DNA of 32,000 bases from Hyperthermus butylicus DSM 5456 (GCF_000015145.1 NC_008818.1:1200001-1232000), one strand, 5' to 3'. Counted from the stretch's first letter, positions 1 through 9,505 are shown. Translations and numbers: made by a program. Notes: generated by a model from the letters alone, not told the origin.

Positions 1-713
1 GCCGAAGAGAGGAGGTCACGGCCATAAACGCAGTCATAAACAAGATTGAGAGCGTAAAGGACCGCTATAGCGACATACTTGACGACGAGGCTGCGGACAT
101 AGTTGCAAGGATTAGACCAGGTTATGCAAACGTTGTTGACCTGAGTAGGCTTGACCGGGACGCCATAGACGTTACCGCGAGCCATTTACTGCGAAAGGTG
201 CTATGGGAGAGAAAGCTACACAAACTCGGCGTGAAGAGTAGATTACCATACCCTATCCTCATAGTAGTTGAGGAGGCGCACATACTAGCGCCAAAGGATG
301 AAGACACCTTGTCGAAGTACTGGCTGGCAAGGATAGCTAGGGAAGGGAGGAAATTCGGAGTAGGCCTCATGCTTGTAAGCCAGCGCCCCAAAACACTTGA
401 CCCGGATATTCTTAGCCAGGCGAATAACCTTATAGTGCTTCGGATTGTCGAACCAAGCGACCAGCGCTACATACAAGCCGCAAGCGAATCCCTTACCGAT
501 GACCTTGTTGAACAGCTTCCAGCGCTAAACACGGGCGAGGCAATAGTAATAGGGCCCCTCATCCGCGTCCCGGCGCTGGTTAAGATAGACAAGTACCCAG
601 GTCCTCTCGGCGGCAGCGATATAGACGTTGTGGCCGAGTGGCAGAACCATATGAGCCAGGAATCCGAGGCCGAAGAGTCCACAATAGAAGATGTACTATC
701 AAACCTCATGTAG
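1..713 (+). CDS. herA: HerA-type DNA double-strand-break repair helicase/ATPase, C-terminal ~235 codons (5' end outside window)
   Basis: Frame 3 is open from nt 3 to the TAG at 711-713. The translation contains a Walker-B-like ILIVVEEAHILAP, GVGLMLVSQRP and LIVLRI...GEAIVIGP, typical of HerA-class ATPases. It lies directly upstream of mre11-rad50, as in other thermophilic archaea. Confidence 0.85.
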   Translation, partial: RREEVTAINAVINKIESVKDRYSDILDDEAADIVARIRPGYANVVDLSRLDRDAIDVTASHLLRKVLWERKLHKLGVKSRLPYPILIVVEEAHILAPKDEDTLSKYWLARIAREGRKFGVGLMLVSQRPKTLDPDILSQANNLIVLRIVEPSDQRYIQAASESLTDDLVEQLPALNTGEAIVIGPLIRVPALVKIDKYPGPLGGSDIDVVAEWQNHMSQESEAEESTIEDVLSNLM

Positions 714-733
714 TAACACCCCTAGGAGGGGAT

Positions 734-1957
734 ATGACGGAGGCTGACTATAGCGTGGAGCATCTACACTTGCTTCACGTGTCTGATACTCATCTTGGCT
801 ACCGACAGTACGGCATTATAGAGCGAGAAATGGACTTCTACCAGGTGTTCGAGGAGGTAATCGATATAGCAATCCGCGAACATGTAGATGCAGTCATACA
901 TACTGGCGACCTATTTGACTCTACAAGGCCACCAGCACAAGCCATAAGGGCTGCAATAAGAGCGCTTAAGAAACTAAGAGGACATGGTATACCCTTCATA
1001 GTTCTCGCGGGTGACCACGACACTCCTAAGCGTGCAAACCTCTCACCCCTCACCGAGCTCGATGAGGTCGGGCTGGCATACACTATAGGAGCCATCGGAG
1101 ATAAGCCGACAACCATACAAATTGATACAAGACATGGTCGCTTACTTGTTAGCGGTATAAGGAGCCAGAAGGGACTCCATGCCAGGAAACATTTGCTTGA
1201 TGCGTTTAAACAGCTTGTCCCCCGCGATAGGAGCACTGTGAACATACTCTTGCTCCACCAGGCTCTCCGCGAGGTCGCCCCCAACTACGAGGTTGAACTG
1301 GGCGAACTTCCCAAGGGATTCTCATACTACGCGCTAGGACACATACATCTCTACCGCGAGTTTAGGCTAGGAGATGCTGCAGTGGTATACCCTGGCTCGC
1401 CCGAAGTCCTAAGGATTGATGAGGCTCGCGAACAGCCTCAGCGCTATGTTGTACTCGTAGAGGTAGACCAACGTTCAACAAAATCACTTGAAAGAATAAG
1501 GCTGGAGATGCCAAGGCCCATAGTTTACAAGGAGATCATCTATCAAGGCCTTGCCGAGTTTAAGAGCTTGCTCGTGGAGCTTCGGGAGAAGCTTGCAAAG
1601 ATGGCAGCTAAGGGAGTGAAGAAGCCTCTACTATACATGTACGTGAAGCGGTTACCAAGGGGCTCGAAGACAGATATCTACACACTCGTCGAGAGGATTC
1701 TGGGAAGCTACATCCTAGACTACAAGCTTAACATTGAGACAGTGATAGAGAATGTGCCGAAGACTGTGCAGAGTGCAGCCGCCACTATAAACATTGAGAA
1801 TATACTCCGGGAGCTTCTCGGAAACGACGAGCTAGCACAGCTAGCAGTAAAACTCATTGAAATCCTTGGAGGCGAGTCCGAGAAGCATGCGCTCAAGGAG
1901 GCCTACAGTATTGTTGCGCAAGAGTTTGGCCTTGATAGGGAGGCTGGTCTACTATGA
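734..1957 (+). CDS. mre11: Mre11 DNA repair nuclease
   Basis: ATG 734 is preceded by AGGAGGGG (724-731). The phosphoesterase motifs HVSDTHLG, HTGDLFD, LAGDHD, LLLHQ and GHIH appear in canonical order. The 638-733 extension in the ORF track overlaps herA and looks non-coding. Confidence 0.9.
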   Translation: MTEADYSVEHLHLLHVSDTHLGYRQYGIIEREMDFYQVFEEVIDIAIREHVDAVIHTGDLFDSTRPPAQAIRAAIRALKKLRGHGIPFIVLAGDHDTPKRANLSPLTELDEVGLAYTIGAIGDKPTTIQIDTRHGRLLVSGIRSQKGLHARKHLLDAFKQLVPRDRSTVNILLLHQALREVAPNYEVELGELPKGFSYYALGHIHLYREFRLGDAAVVYPGSPEVLRIDEAREQPQRYVVLVEVDQRSTKSLERIRLEMPRPIVYKEIIYQGLAEFKSLLVELREKLAKMAAKGVKKPLLYMYVKRLPRGSKTDIYTLVERILGSYILDYKLNIETVIENVPKTVQSAAATINIENILRELLGNDELAQLAVKLIEILGGESEKHALKEAYSIVAQEFGLDREAGLL

Positions 1958-4617
1958 TCATAGAGGCTGTTGAGCTGGAGAACTTCCTCAGCCATCGCTA
2001 CACCAAAGTCGAGCTTGGCAGAGGCATAGTAGCCGTAGTTGGACCCAATGGTGCAGGCAAGACAAGCATCGTTGACGCCATAACATATGCACTATTCAAC
2101 ATACACTCGCGCGATACTCGCAACAAGAAGGAGCCCCTCATACGCCTCGGTGCTCCTGCTGCAAAAATAATAGTAGAGTTCAGCGTTGGCAAGAAACGTT
2201 ACCGTGTACATAAAACAGTGTATCGTGGCGCAACACCTACTCAGGCAACTCTCTACCTTCTCGAGGATGGTAAGCCCCGGCTTGTTGCGCGCGGAGTTGA
2301 GAGTGTTTCTAGAGAGATAGCCAGAATTGTTGGTTTTGACCCACAGCTAGCAGATGTGATCATGGTTACTAGGCAGGGTGAGATAGAAAAGATACTCGTA
2401 GACAAGAAGGCTCGGATAGAGGCGATTAATACTCTTCTAAAGCTGCGAGCAATGGAGAAAACCTATGATAGAATGCGGGATCTCATAAGCAGGGTTTCTA
2501 GGAGGCTAGAATACTACCGTGGAAGACACATTGAGCTTGAGAGGGAGTTGAAGAGGCTACGAGAGGAGGCTGCAAGGTATGAAGAGGCAAGGAGGGAGCT
2601 GGAGAGGGTTAGTGCTGAGCTGGAGGAGGTACGTAGAAAGCTCGATGAGGCCAAGCACGAGCTTGAAAGAGTTGAAGAGCTTAGGAGAGAGTACGAGGAT
2701 CTCAACTATCGTCTCGGGTTGCTCGAGGCGGCTATTAAGAGGGATAAGGAGCGTCTTGCTGAGCTTGAGAGAGAGTATAGGGAGGCAAGAGCAGCTGAGG
2801 AAGAACTTGAAGCTCTTCGTGGCGCTTTAGAGGTTGCGAGGAAAGTGCGTGAGGTTAGGCAACTGCTAGTGAAGCGGAGACAACTTGAAGCTCACCTTGA
2901 GGCCATCGAGAAAGGACTTGAAAACTTTGAAGCTGATGAGGATATGTTAAGAAATCTCGAAGAGGTTGTTAGGAGGTATGAAGAGCTAGAGGAGAAGCTC
3001 CGGGAGCTAGAAGATGTAAATAGGGAGTACATGATTGTGGAAAAACAACTGGAGAATATTGAGAAAGACATTAGGCGCGTTGAAGAGGAGCGAGATAAGG
3101 CTAGGTCAAAGCTATATGCTCTGCTTCAGTCAAGCCTGCCCGTGGAACCACCCAGCGAAGTCTCCAAGCTACTTGAGTTTATAGACTCTCTTGTACACGA
3201 CATTGATAAGAGAATCGAGCAGCTGCGAGCAAGGAAGGAGGCTGTTGTAGGCCAAGTTAGTGCTAAGCTGAACGAGAAGGAGTACATTGAGGGCATACTG
3301 TTGAAGCTTACGAGTGCTAGTGGAAGGTGCCCTCTCTGCGGCCGCCCCCTAACGGAGGAGCACCGAATGACGCTTATCTCGAAGTTTAGGAGTGAAAAAA
3401 GAGGCGTGGAGACCGAGATTAAGAGACTTGAAGCGCAAAAGCAGACCATAGAGGCAGAGATAACGAGGCTTGAACAACAGAGGGAGCGTATAAGGGAGCT
3501 TGGGAAGAAGATTCGCGAGCTTGTTAGCCAGGTTAGCCAGCTCGAGGCTAGGCTTGAGGAGTTACGTACTGAGCAGGCTAAGCTTAGCGAGAGGCGACTC
3601 GAACTCTTTGAAAAGCATAAAGAGTACGAGGAGGCTAGGAAGGAGCTGGAGAAGCTTGGGCAGGCAGTTGTAGAGTATAGGGTTCTCAAGCGTAGGCTTG
3701 AAGAGCTTGAGAAGCGTAGGGTAGAAGCTGAGCGACTCCGCGAGGAGCTTAGGAGACTTGATGAGAAGATTGGTACTTTACTTGGAGAGCTTGGGGTTGA
3801 TGCTAGTGGCCTGGATGAGCTTGAGGAAAGGGTTTCACACCTTCTCGAGATGGTGGCTGAGCTGAGGAGTAAGGCTTCAAGGAGACCCGAGCTTGAAAGG
3901 AGACTTGACGAGGTTAGGAGGAGGCTTGAGGACTACGAGGAGGAATATAACAGTGTTGCTGGGAGGCTTGAGGAGCTTAAGGGCATCGAAGAGGAGTATG
4001 AGAAGTTGAGAAGCCTCGTCGAGAGCCTTGAGGAGAGGTATCGTGAGAAGGTAGCTGAGTACTCAAAGCTCCGCGGGATAGTGGACGAGCTGGAGAAGAG
4101 TGTAAAAAGGCTTAAGCTCGTTGAGGAAGAGTATAGACGTGTTAGCGAGAAGCTCGAGCGTTATAGCCATGCAAAGAGAGCGCTGGAGCGTATCCGTGCC
4201 GTTATAGGCCCTGAGGGCTTACAGAGGATTGTCCGTCAGGCCATCCGTAATAGTCTTGAGTACCATTTGCGCCAGATACTCTCAGCCTTTAACATAGACT
4301 TTGTCGATGTAAAACTGGACGATGAGTACAGTGTTACGCTGATTACGAGGGCTGGCGAGAAGACCGTCTCGATGCTCAGTGGAGGTGAAAAGATAGCGCT
4401 AGCTATAGCATATAGGCTGGCTCTAGCAAGGCTAGTTGGGAGCCGCATAGAGTCACTCATAATGGATGAGCCCACTGTACACCTTGACGCTGAGAAGCGT
4501 AGAGAGCTAGTGAACATCATTAAGCAGAGTCTGAGTGTTACAGGGCTAGCACAAATGATAGTTGTTACGCATGACCGGGAGGTTGAGGATGTTGCTGATA
4601 GAGTTATAGAGGTTTAA
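1954..4617 (+). CDS. rad50: Rad50 SMC-like ATPase
   Basis: ATGA start/stop overlap with mre11 (1954-1957). Walker A GPNGAGKTS (nt 2041-2067), a very long E/R/L/K coiled coil and a zinc-hook CPLC (nt 3328-3339). ABC signature LSGGEKIALAIAYRLA and Walker B SLIMDEPTVHLD. Confidence 0.95.
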   Translation: MIIEAVELENFLSHRYTKVELGRGIVAVVGPNGAGKTSIVDAITYALFNIHSRDTRNKKEPLIRLGAPAAKIIVEFSVGKKRYRVHKTVYRGATPTQATLYLLEDGKPRLVARGVESVSREIARIVGFDPQLADVIMVTRQGEIEKILVDKKARIEAINTLLKLRAMEKTYDRMRDLISRVSRRLEYYRGRHIELERELKRLREEAARYEEARRELERVSAELEEVRRKLDEAKHELERVEELRREYEDLNYRLGLLEAAIKRDKERLAELEREYREARAAEEELEALRGALEVARKVREVRQLLVKRRQLEAHLEAIEKGLENFEADEDMLRNLEEVVRRYEELEEKLRELEDVNREYMIVEKQLENIEKDIRRVEEERDKARSKLYALLQSSLPVEPPSEVSKLLEFIDSLVHDIDKRIEQLRARKEAVVGQVSAKLNEKEYIEGILLKLTSASGRCPLCGRPLTEEHRMTLISKFRSEKRGVETEIKRLEAQKQTIEAEITRLEQQRERIRELGKKIRELVSQVSQLEARLEELRTEQAKLSERRLELFEKHKEYEEARKELEKLGQAVVEYRVLKRRLEELEKRRVEAERLREELRRLDEKIGTLLGELGVDASGLDELEERVSHLLEMVAELRSKASRRPELERRLDEVRRRLEDYEEEYNSVAGRLEELKGIEEEYEKLRSLVESLEERYREKVAEYSKLRGIVDELEKSVKRLKLVEEEYRRVSEKLERYSHAKRALERIRAVIGPEGLQRIVRQAIRNSLEYHLRQILSAFNIDFVDVKLDDEYSVTLITRAGEKTVSMLSGGEKIALAIAYRLALARLVGSRIESLIMDEPTVHLDAEKRRELVNIIKQSLSVTGLAQMIVVTHDREVEDVADRVIEV

Positions 4618-4654
4618 GGAGCCGTGAGGGGCACAGCGTTGTACAAGTGCTAGG

Positions 4655-5602
4655 CTAGCCGTCGCTTTCCACATTCCCATATTCTATGATAGGCTCCCAG
4701 CATTCCTTACAGAGGACTGCTATCTCATTGTAATTGTCTAGTTTTACGCCATCTCTTCCAACAAATGTTTCAAACACGTAGCTTGAGCTATCCATGCTTC
4801 TACGGAGCCTAACCAAAAGCCCAGGCGGCATGGTATAGAGCGTATACCCTTCTGGTGTCTTACGCGTATAGATTGGGGCCCATGTGCTAGCTGCAGCTAG
4901 GGCTTCTCCAAGGCGTATTGGGTGGATGTTTGACGCAGCTGCCAAGCCGCTGTACAGCCTGGCGAGTCCTGCGACTAAATCGGGGCCATACCCTCTTTTG
5001 CCCGCGATGCTTGTTACGTGGGTGCGATATTCTCGGAGTACGCTGTATAATTGCTCCCCATAACGGTAGATGCAGCTTCCCCATTCTATGAGCACGTCTC
5101 CGCGCGGATATAAACATGGAAGCAGGTGTTGCGCCTTCTCCACCACGGTCTCGGGTATAAGCGGGTAAATAGCTTCAGCTTCAAGCCAGCCCTTAACTAC
5201 TAGCACCTCCTCACCAATAACTAAGCCCTGCTCATTGCTAGCAAGTTGTAGTACCCACCTGCCCTCCAGAACGGTTCTCTTAACAGAGCCTATGACTGTG
5301 GACCTCCTATAGGGTAATCCATAGACGTCAATGCTCGCCGGCTTAGAGTCTACTATGATAGCTATATCAGAGATACTGAAATGTGGTAGTGGCTGCGGTA
5401 TCCAGGGCTGGGTAGGGGTTACTGGTAGGAGCTCGCTGAGGCTCTTGAACCTTGCCTGGAGCCTCGTCGTCGAACCCCTACTACTAACTAGCCTACATTC
5501 ACTACCGCTGCAGACATAGAGGGTTTCACATGTTGACTCATACTCTACCCGTATTGGTTCGCTAGTAGCGTCAATGTATACGTGTATGCTGCAGGAGGTC
5601 AA
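4655..5602 (-). CDS. Hypothetical protein (315 aa), convergent with rad50; only a weak and incomplete resemblance to NurA motif order
   Basis: Long ORF with non-repetitive, protein-like composition that fills the gap between rad50 and glnA. No diagnostic motif. IAIIVDSKP, LEAEAI and VLIEWGS are vaguely NurA-like, but the spacing and the catalytic His do not fit. Confidence 0.5.
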   Translation of the reverse strand: MTSCSIHVYIDATSEPIRVEYESTCETLYVCSGSECRLVSSRGSTTRLQARFKSLSELLPVTPTQPWIPQPLPHFSISDIAIIVDSKPASIDVYGLPYRRSTVIGSVKRTVLEGRWVLQLASNEQGLVIGEEVLVVKGWLEAEAIYPLIPETVVEKAQHLLPCLYPRGDVLIEWGSCIYRYGEQLYSVLREYRTHVTSIAGKRGYGPDLVAGLARLYSGLAAASNIHPIRLGEALAAASTWAPIYTRKTPEGYTLYTMPPGLLVRLRRSMDSSSYVFETFVGRDGVKLDNYNEIAVLCKECWEPIIEYGNVESDG

Positions 5603-5758
5603 CGCTCCAGCCCTCGCCTAGGCCGGGGGTCATAGCTTACATCTAACCCTAGTTTGGTTTACCGGTACAGACCACACAACAACAAAAAACAAAATTTCGA
5701 AGCACACGAGAGGAACACATAATATGTTGTACTGAGGAGCTTGATTCCAGGCGAAAGG

Positions 5759-7144
5759 ATGTCTGGAACTCCAGGTTCAGATCTGGACAAATTCAAGTGG
5801 TTAGAGCTGCACTACACAGACCTGGCTGGCTATCTGAGGAGTGTTACTATCGCAGCGGAGGATCTCAGAGACAATGTCGACGTAACAGGCTTTGATGGTA
5901 GTAGTGTTGAAGGCTTCACGGATATAAGTGATAGTGATCTAACACTGCGTCCAGATCTAAGTACATTGGCTGAGATACCATGGCTAGAGGCTACGGGGAG
6001 GGTAATATCAACAATATACAAGAATGGTGCTAGGTATGAGCGTGATCCACGCTACATTGCTGAACGTACTGAAAAGCTTCTTGGCGAACAAGGCCTTGAG
6101 GCTCGTATAGGTCCCGAAATAGAGTTCCACATAGTAGACAAGCTATACCTTAGTGTTGACCAGCCACAGCGCGGACTATGTTACCGCATAGTTTCAAGTG
6201 AACACCCCGGCAGTGGCAGCTATTTCGAGAAGACTAAGAAGGCATACCACACACCGGCACCCTTCGACAAAGTTTACGGGCTGCGGCTCGAGCTAGCCGA
6301 GGTTCTAAGGAAATACTTCAGAGTACATGTAGAGGTTCACCACCACGAGGTTGCTAGTGGCGGACAGATTGAGATAGACTTCCGTTATGGTGGCGTGGTA
6401 TCAGCTTCTGATGGGGTTATCACGGTCAAATACGTTGCAAGGAATATTACTGCAAGGCATGGCTATACTGCAATCTTTATGCCTAAGCCGTTCGCTGGCG
6501 ATAACGGGAATGGGATGCACGTACATATCAGCATTTGGGAGCGTCGCGGGAATGGTTTTAGAAACTTGTTCTATGACCCATCAGACGGTTATGCAGAACT
6601 GAGCCAGTACGCTAGGTACTTTATCGGGGGTCTCTTAGAGCATGGGAGAGCTCTTGCAGCAATCGTGGCACCAACCGTGAATAGTTACCGTAGGCTAATA
6701 CCAGGCTACGAGGCTCCAGTCTACCTCGTCTGGGGAAGGAGTAACCGTAGCGCAGCCATCCGTGTACCATTCTACGGCCGGGGTGCAGAGAAGTCTAAAC
6801 GCATAGAATTTAGGCCCCCCGACCCCTCCGCCAACCCATACCTGGCCTTCACCGCCATAATTGCAGCCGGCCTAGATGGTGTGAGAAAGAAGATCGAGCC
6901 GGGCGACCCCATAGACCGTAACGTCTATACTATGAGCGAGGCTGAGAAGAAGCGGCTCGGGATAAAGGAGCTGCCTAGAAGCCTAGAGGAGGCGCTAGAC
7001 GAGCTAGAGTCAGACAACGAGTTCCTACGACCATACATACCGTCAAGCGTTCTTGAAGCCTACATAGAGCTTAAGCGGCGTGAAGCCAGGGAGCTTAAAG
7101 GATATCCAAGCCCAATGGAGATCTACACATACCTCTCACTCTAA
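5759..7144 (+). CDS. glnA: Glutamine synthetase, type I
   Basis: The translation aligns by eye along its full length with GS-I: EIEFHIVD, HHHEVASGGQIEIDFRY, FMPKPFAGDNGNGMHVHISIW, NSYRRLIPGYEAPV, SNRSAAIRVP, EFRPPDPSANPYL. ATG 5759 is preferred over TTG 5741. Confidence 0.9.
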   Translation: MSGTPGSDLDKFKWLELHYTDLAGYLRSVTIAAEDLRDNVDVTGFDGSSVEGFTDISDSDLTLRPDLSTLAEIPWLEATGRVISTIYKNGARYERDPRYIAERTEKLLGEQGLEARIGPEIEFHIVDKLYLSVDQPQRGLCYRIVSSEHPGSGSYFEKTKKAYHTPAPFDKVYGLRLELAEVLRKYFRVHVEVHHHEVASGGQIEIDFRYGGVVSASDGVITVKYVARNITARHGYTAIFMPKPFAGDNGNGMHVHISIWERRGNGFRNLFYDPSDGYAELSQYARYFIGGLLEHGRALAAIVAPTVNSYRRLIPGYEAPVYLVWGRSNRSAAIRVPFYGRGAEKSKRIEFRPPDPSANPYLAFTAIIAAGLDGVRKKIEPGDPIDRNVYTMSEAEKKRLGIKELPRSLEEALDELESDNEFLRPYIPSSVLEAYIELKRREARELKGYPSPMEIYTYLSL

Positions 7145-7243
7145 CACAACTATCAAATCTTGTTTTCGCCTTATAAGCTTCAGACCTTACAGTACGGAAT
7201 TTATGGCCCAGCCGGTGAGGAGGGCTCCGGGCGTAGCCGAGTA

Positions 7244-7999
7244 ATGGCTCGTGCGGAGAAGGGGATGCCGGCCCGAGGCTCCATCCCACAGCAGATGCCC
7301 CGCATTGCTTGTTATGGGATTGCATTCCACATTCTCGCAAACTACAGGGATGAGATAGGTAGTGACGATGCCTTCGTGGCACGCGCTGACTATGTAAACG
7401 GTAAATGCCGTATCGAGATAGGGGGAACATTATGCGATGGCAAGGCTGTAGAAGCGGCCGCAGGAATATTGCCTCGGCTCATTAGAGTACCGCTCATACC
7501 CTTCGAGGCTAAGTGTGTTAGTGGAGAATACAAAGCTCATATGGGGTTTGCTGAACTCTCACGCAAAGCTGTCGAAGAGGCTCTGTCTGCACTGCGTAGT
7601 GTCCTTGTCAGCATTGCGCTTACGGTTAACTACGAGTACTTTATTGTTGTGGGATGGAATGGAGGTGTCGCAACTGGATATGGGAGGCATGACCGCATAC
7701 AGCTGCCACACATTCAAGCCGTACTGTTTGTACACACACACCCTATAAGCATCTGCTACCCATCAAGGAATGATCTTCTCTCAGTGGCCGATTTCCTGGC
7801 CGATGGAGGCCTTGCAGCACTCATAGCATCGCCACACTGTATTAGTGCTCTGAGGCTGATAAGGCCCCTCATAGAGGATGATTACTGGGCCCTTCAGGAG
7901 GCGGCGAGCTGCGTAGCAAAAGCCAAGTCCGCCGAGCACTACATGGACTGCCTAGGCATGCTGCAGAAGCTTGAGAGTATAGTGTTTGAACTCATATAG
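7244..7999 (+). CDS. JAMM/MPN-type metalloprotease domain protein with ~100-130 aa uncharacterised N-terminal extension (start uncertain: 7244, 7265, 7295 or 7541)
   Basis: Exact JAMM motif H-x-H-x7-S-x2-D (HTHPISICYPSRND, nt 7733-7774), with an upstream Glu in NYEYFIVVGW. The start cannot be fixed by eye. Confidence 0.6.
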   Translation: MARAEKGMPARGSIPQQMPRIACYGIAFHILANYRDEIGSDDAFVARADYVNGKCRIEIGGTLCDGKAVEAAAGILPRLIRVPLIPFEAKCVSGEYKAHMGFAELSRKAVEEALSALRSVLVSIALTVNYEYFIVVGWNGGVATGYGRHDRIQLPHIQAVLFVHTHPISICYPSRNDLLSVADFLADGGLAALIASPHCISALRLIRPLIEDDYWALQEAASCVAKAKSAEHYMDCLGMLQKLESIVFELI

Positions 8000-8218
8000 G
8001 TCTGGACAAGTATCGGGGGCTCGGCTAGGAAGGCCTCTGGCATCGGCCCCGCTTGGGAGGCCTACCTCTAACTACGGGCTCGCCATAGCCCCGGAGAGTG
8101 TGTATACTCGCATCTGCGTCAAGGTAATCAATATTTACCGGGGTTGGAGTGTAAAACTTCTTGGTGCTGACGTGGACCGGATCTGAGGCCTCTACAGCTT
8201 GTGATGATGCATCGGGCG

Positions 8219-9505
8219 CTACTGAGTAACACCTAGTTCCTTCGCTATGCTTCTAAGTAGTTGCCAGCCATACTCAACTGTCCTTCCTGTTGCTAGGCAT
8301 GTTTGTTCATCGAATCTACCCGGGCTTGTACTTAGGCCCTTCCAGCTAGCCATCCATGGTACTGGGTCGTCTGCATGTGCTCTTACCCTCCACGGCGTCG
8401 CATGATCTGAAGTTACTATCACGGCTGTCTCGTTAAGGTCTATCAGCTCTATCAGTGGTTGTATGAATAGTTTGTCTATTAGCTCTATCGCTCTCTTCTT
8501 GCCTTCAAAGTCGCCGTCATGGCCGGGTTCATCTGGACCCTTTAGGTGCACATATATGAAGCGGTGGCCATCACGATATGCTTTTATCGTCGCCTCAAGC
8601 CTTACAGGGAGATCTCTTTCGTGGTTACCAGTTGGTGGCGGTACACTATAGTACTTCATACCGGCAGCAACGGCTATACCTATCTCCACAGGCATTTCAG
8701 CTATGGCTGCTGCAGGCGATAGGCCAAGTACACTTGCTATCGGTGGTAGTCTTGGTGGCTTTTCGCCCGCATCTCTTAACAGTATAGCGTTTGCCTTGAG
8801 CAGGCCACGCTTTGCCCTCTCCAAGTTTACTGGATGATTATCAAGTATTTCTATAGCCTTCTCAACAAACTCATCTACTAGCTTGCACGTGTACTCTGCC
8901 TCCTTGCTTGACAATAGTGGCTTGCAGCGTGGAAGTACCATCTCTGGATTCCTTACCGCTACTGAGATCAAACCACGTCTCTCATATGCTGGGTCAATGT
9001 TTGAAACCATTGCGGAAAGCTTGTGCTCCCTATCACCTATAATGACTACTGCGCGGTGACCAATTGTAGCCTTAACCCTGGCATAACCAGTTGAGCCTAA
9101 CCTCATGCCGTCAAGAGCCTTGGCTAATTCCTTCGCCTCTGGCGAGGTTAGGCTACGGGCAACCCTCCTATCTATTATCCTGCGTGTTGAAGGATCAACT
9201 GTTGCAAAGTTTGCCCTGAAGGCAACCTCATAGCCTTCACGTATTTCCAAACCCACGCCAAGGGCTTCAAGAGGACCACGACCGGTGTAGTATTCCTCGG
9301 GGTTGTAGCCGAGTATGGAGAGGGTTGCGAGGTCGCTCTCCGGAGCTACACCCTTGCCGACCGGGTAGTGTACACCACAAATAGCGTGTCTAGCTAACGT
9401 GTCAAGTCCTGGCGTAGAGGCGCTGCTTAATGGTGTTTCACCGTTGTCGGGGCGGTCTGCAGCACCGTCAAGGATTAGGAGTACTATCCGTTTAGGCCCT
9501 GGCAA
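8219..9505 (-). CDS. apgM: Cofactor-independent phosphoglycerate mutase, archaeal type (ApgM)
   Basis: N-terminus IVLLILDGAADRP...TPLSSASTPGLDTLA, then GYNPEEYYTGRGPLEALG, FRANFATV...DRRVAR, HLKGPDEPGHDGDFEGK and VTSDHATP...DPVPW. These match the archaeal ApgM/alkaline-phosphatase-superfamily pattern. Apparent TTG start at 9505. Confidence 0.85.
   Translation of the reverse strand: MPGPKRIVLLILDGAADRPDNGETPLSSASTPGLDTLARHAICGVHYPVGKGVAPESDLATLSILGYNPEEYYTGRGPLEALGVGLEIREGYEVAFRANFATVDPSTRRIIDRRVARSLTSPEAKELAKALDGMRLGSTGYARVKATIGHRAVVIIGDREHKLSAMVSNIDPAYERRGLISVAVRNPEMVLPRCKPLLSSKEAEYTCKLVDEFVEKAIEILDNHPVNLERAKRGLLKANAILLRDAGEKPPRLPPIASVLGLSPAAAIAEMPVEIGIAVAAGMKYYSVPPPTGNHERDLPVRLEATIKAYRDGHRFIYVHLKGPDEPGHDGDFEGKKRAIELIDKLFIQPLIELIDLNETAVIVTSDHATPWRVRAHADDPVPWMASWKGLSTSPGRFDEQTCLATGRTVEYGWQLLRSIAKELGVTQ

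Noticed and set aside
638-733. N-terminal extension of the mre11 ORF overlapping the herA 3' end
   Set aside because: ATG 734 has a purine-rich AGGAGGGG just upstream and gives a typical distance to the DxH motif. The extension is basic and low-complexity and lies inside herA coding sequence.
2514-4520. Several long minus-strand ORFs inside rad50 (2514..2705, 3126..3689, 4236..4520) and a plus-strand alternative frame (2579..2830)
   Set aside because: Their products are monotonous S/L/R/C-rich strings. This is the expected antisense or off-frame shadow of GAG/AAG/CTT-rich coiled-coil codons, and rad50 itself is unambiguous.
5717-5727. 11-bp palindrome ACATAATATGT overlapping the A/T-rich box upstream of glnA
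   Set aside because: It is too short and A/T-rich to distinguish from a plain TATA element, and no second copy is present in the window.
7217-7228. GAGGAGGGCTCC (7217-7228), and GAGGAAACTCC at 13991-14001, resemble the RNase P RNA CR-I element GAGGAAAGUCC
   Set aside because: I could find no matching CR-IV/CR-V elements (ACAGAA..GGCUUA, GGGUGAAA) or a P4 partner strand. The second site leaves less than 90 nt before argF. Short matches of this kind are expected by chance.
7095-8186. Minus ORF 7095..7430 and plus ORFs 7515..7748 and 7986..8186 around the JAMM gene
   Set aside because: The products are R/H/P/G-rich or overlap the JAMM frame and carry no motifs. The GC-rich 8000-8110 stretch has short complementary blocks (GGCCTC/GAGGCC, CGGGGGC/GCCCCG), but nothing I could fold into a known RNA class.
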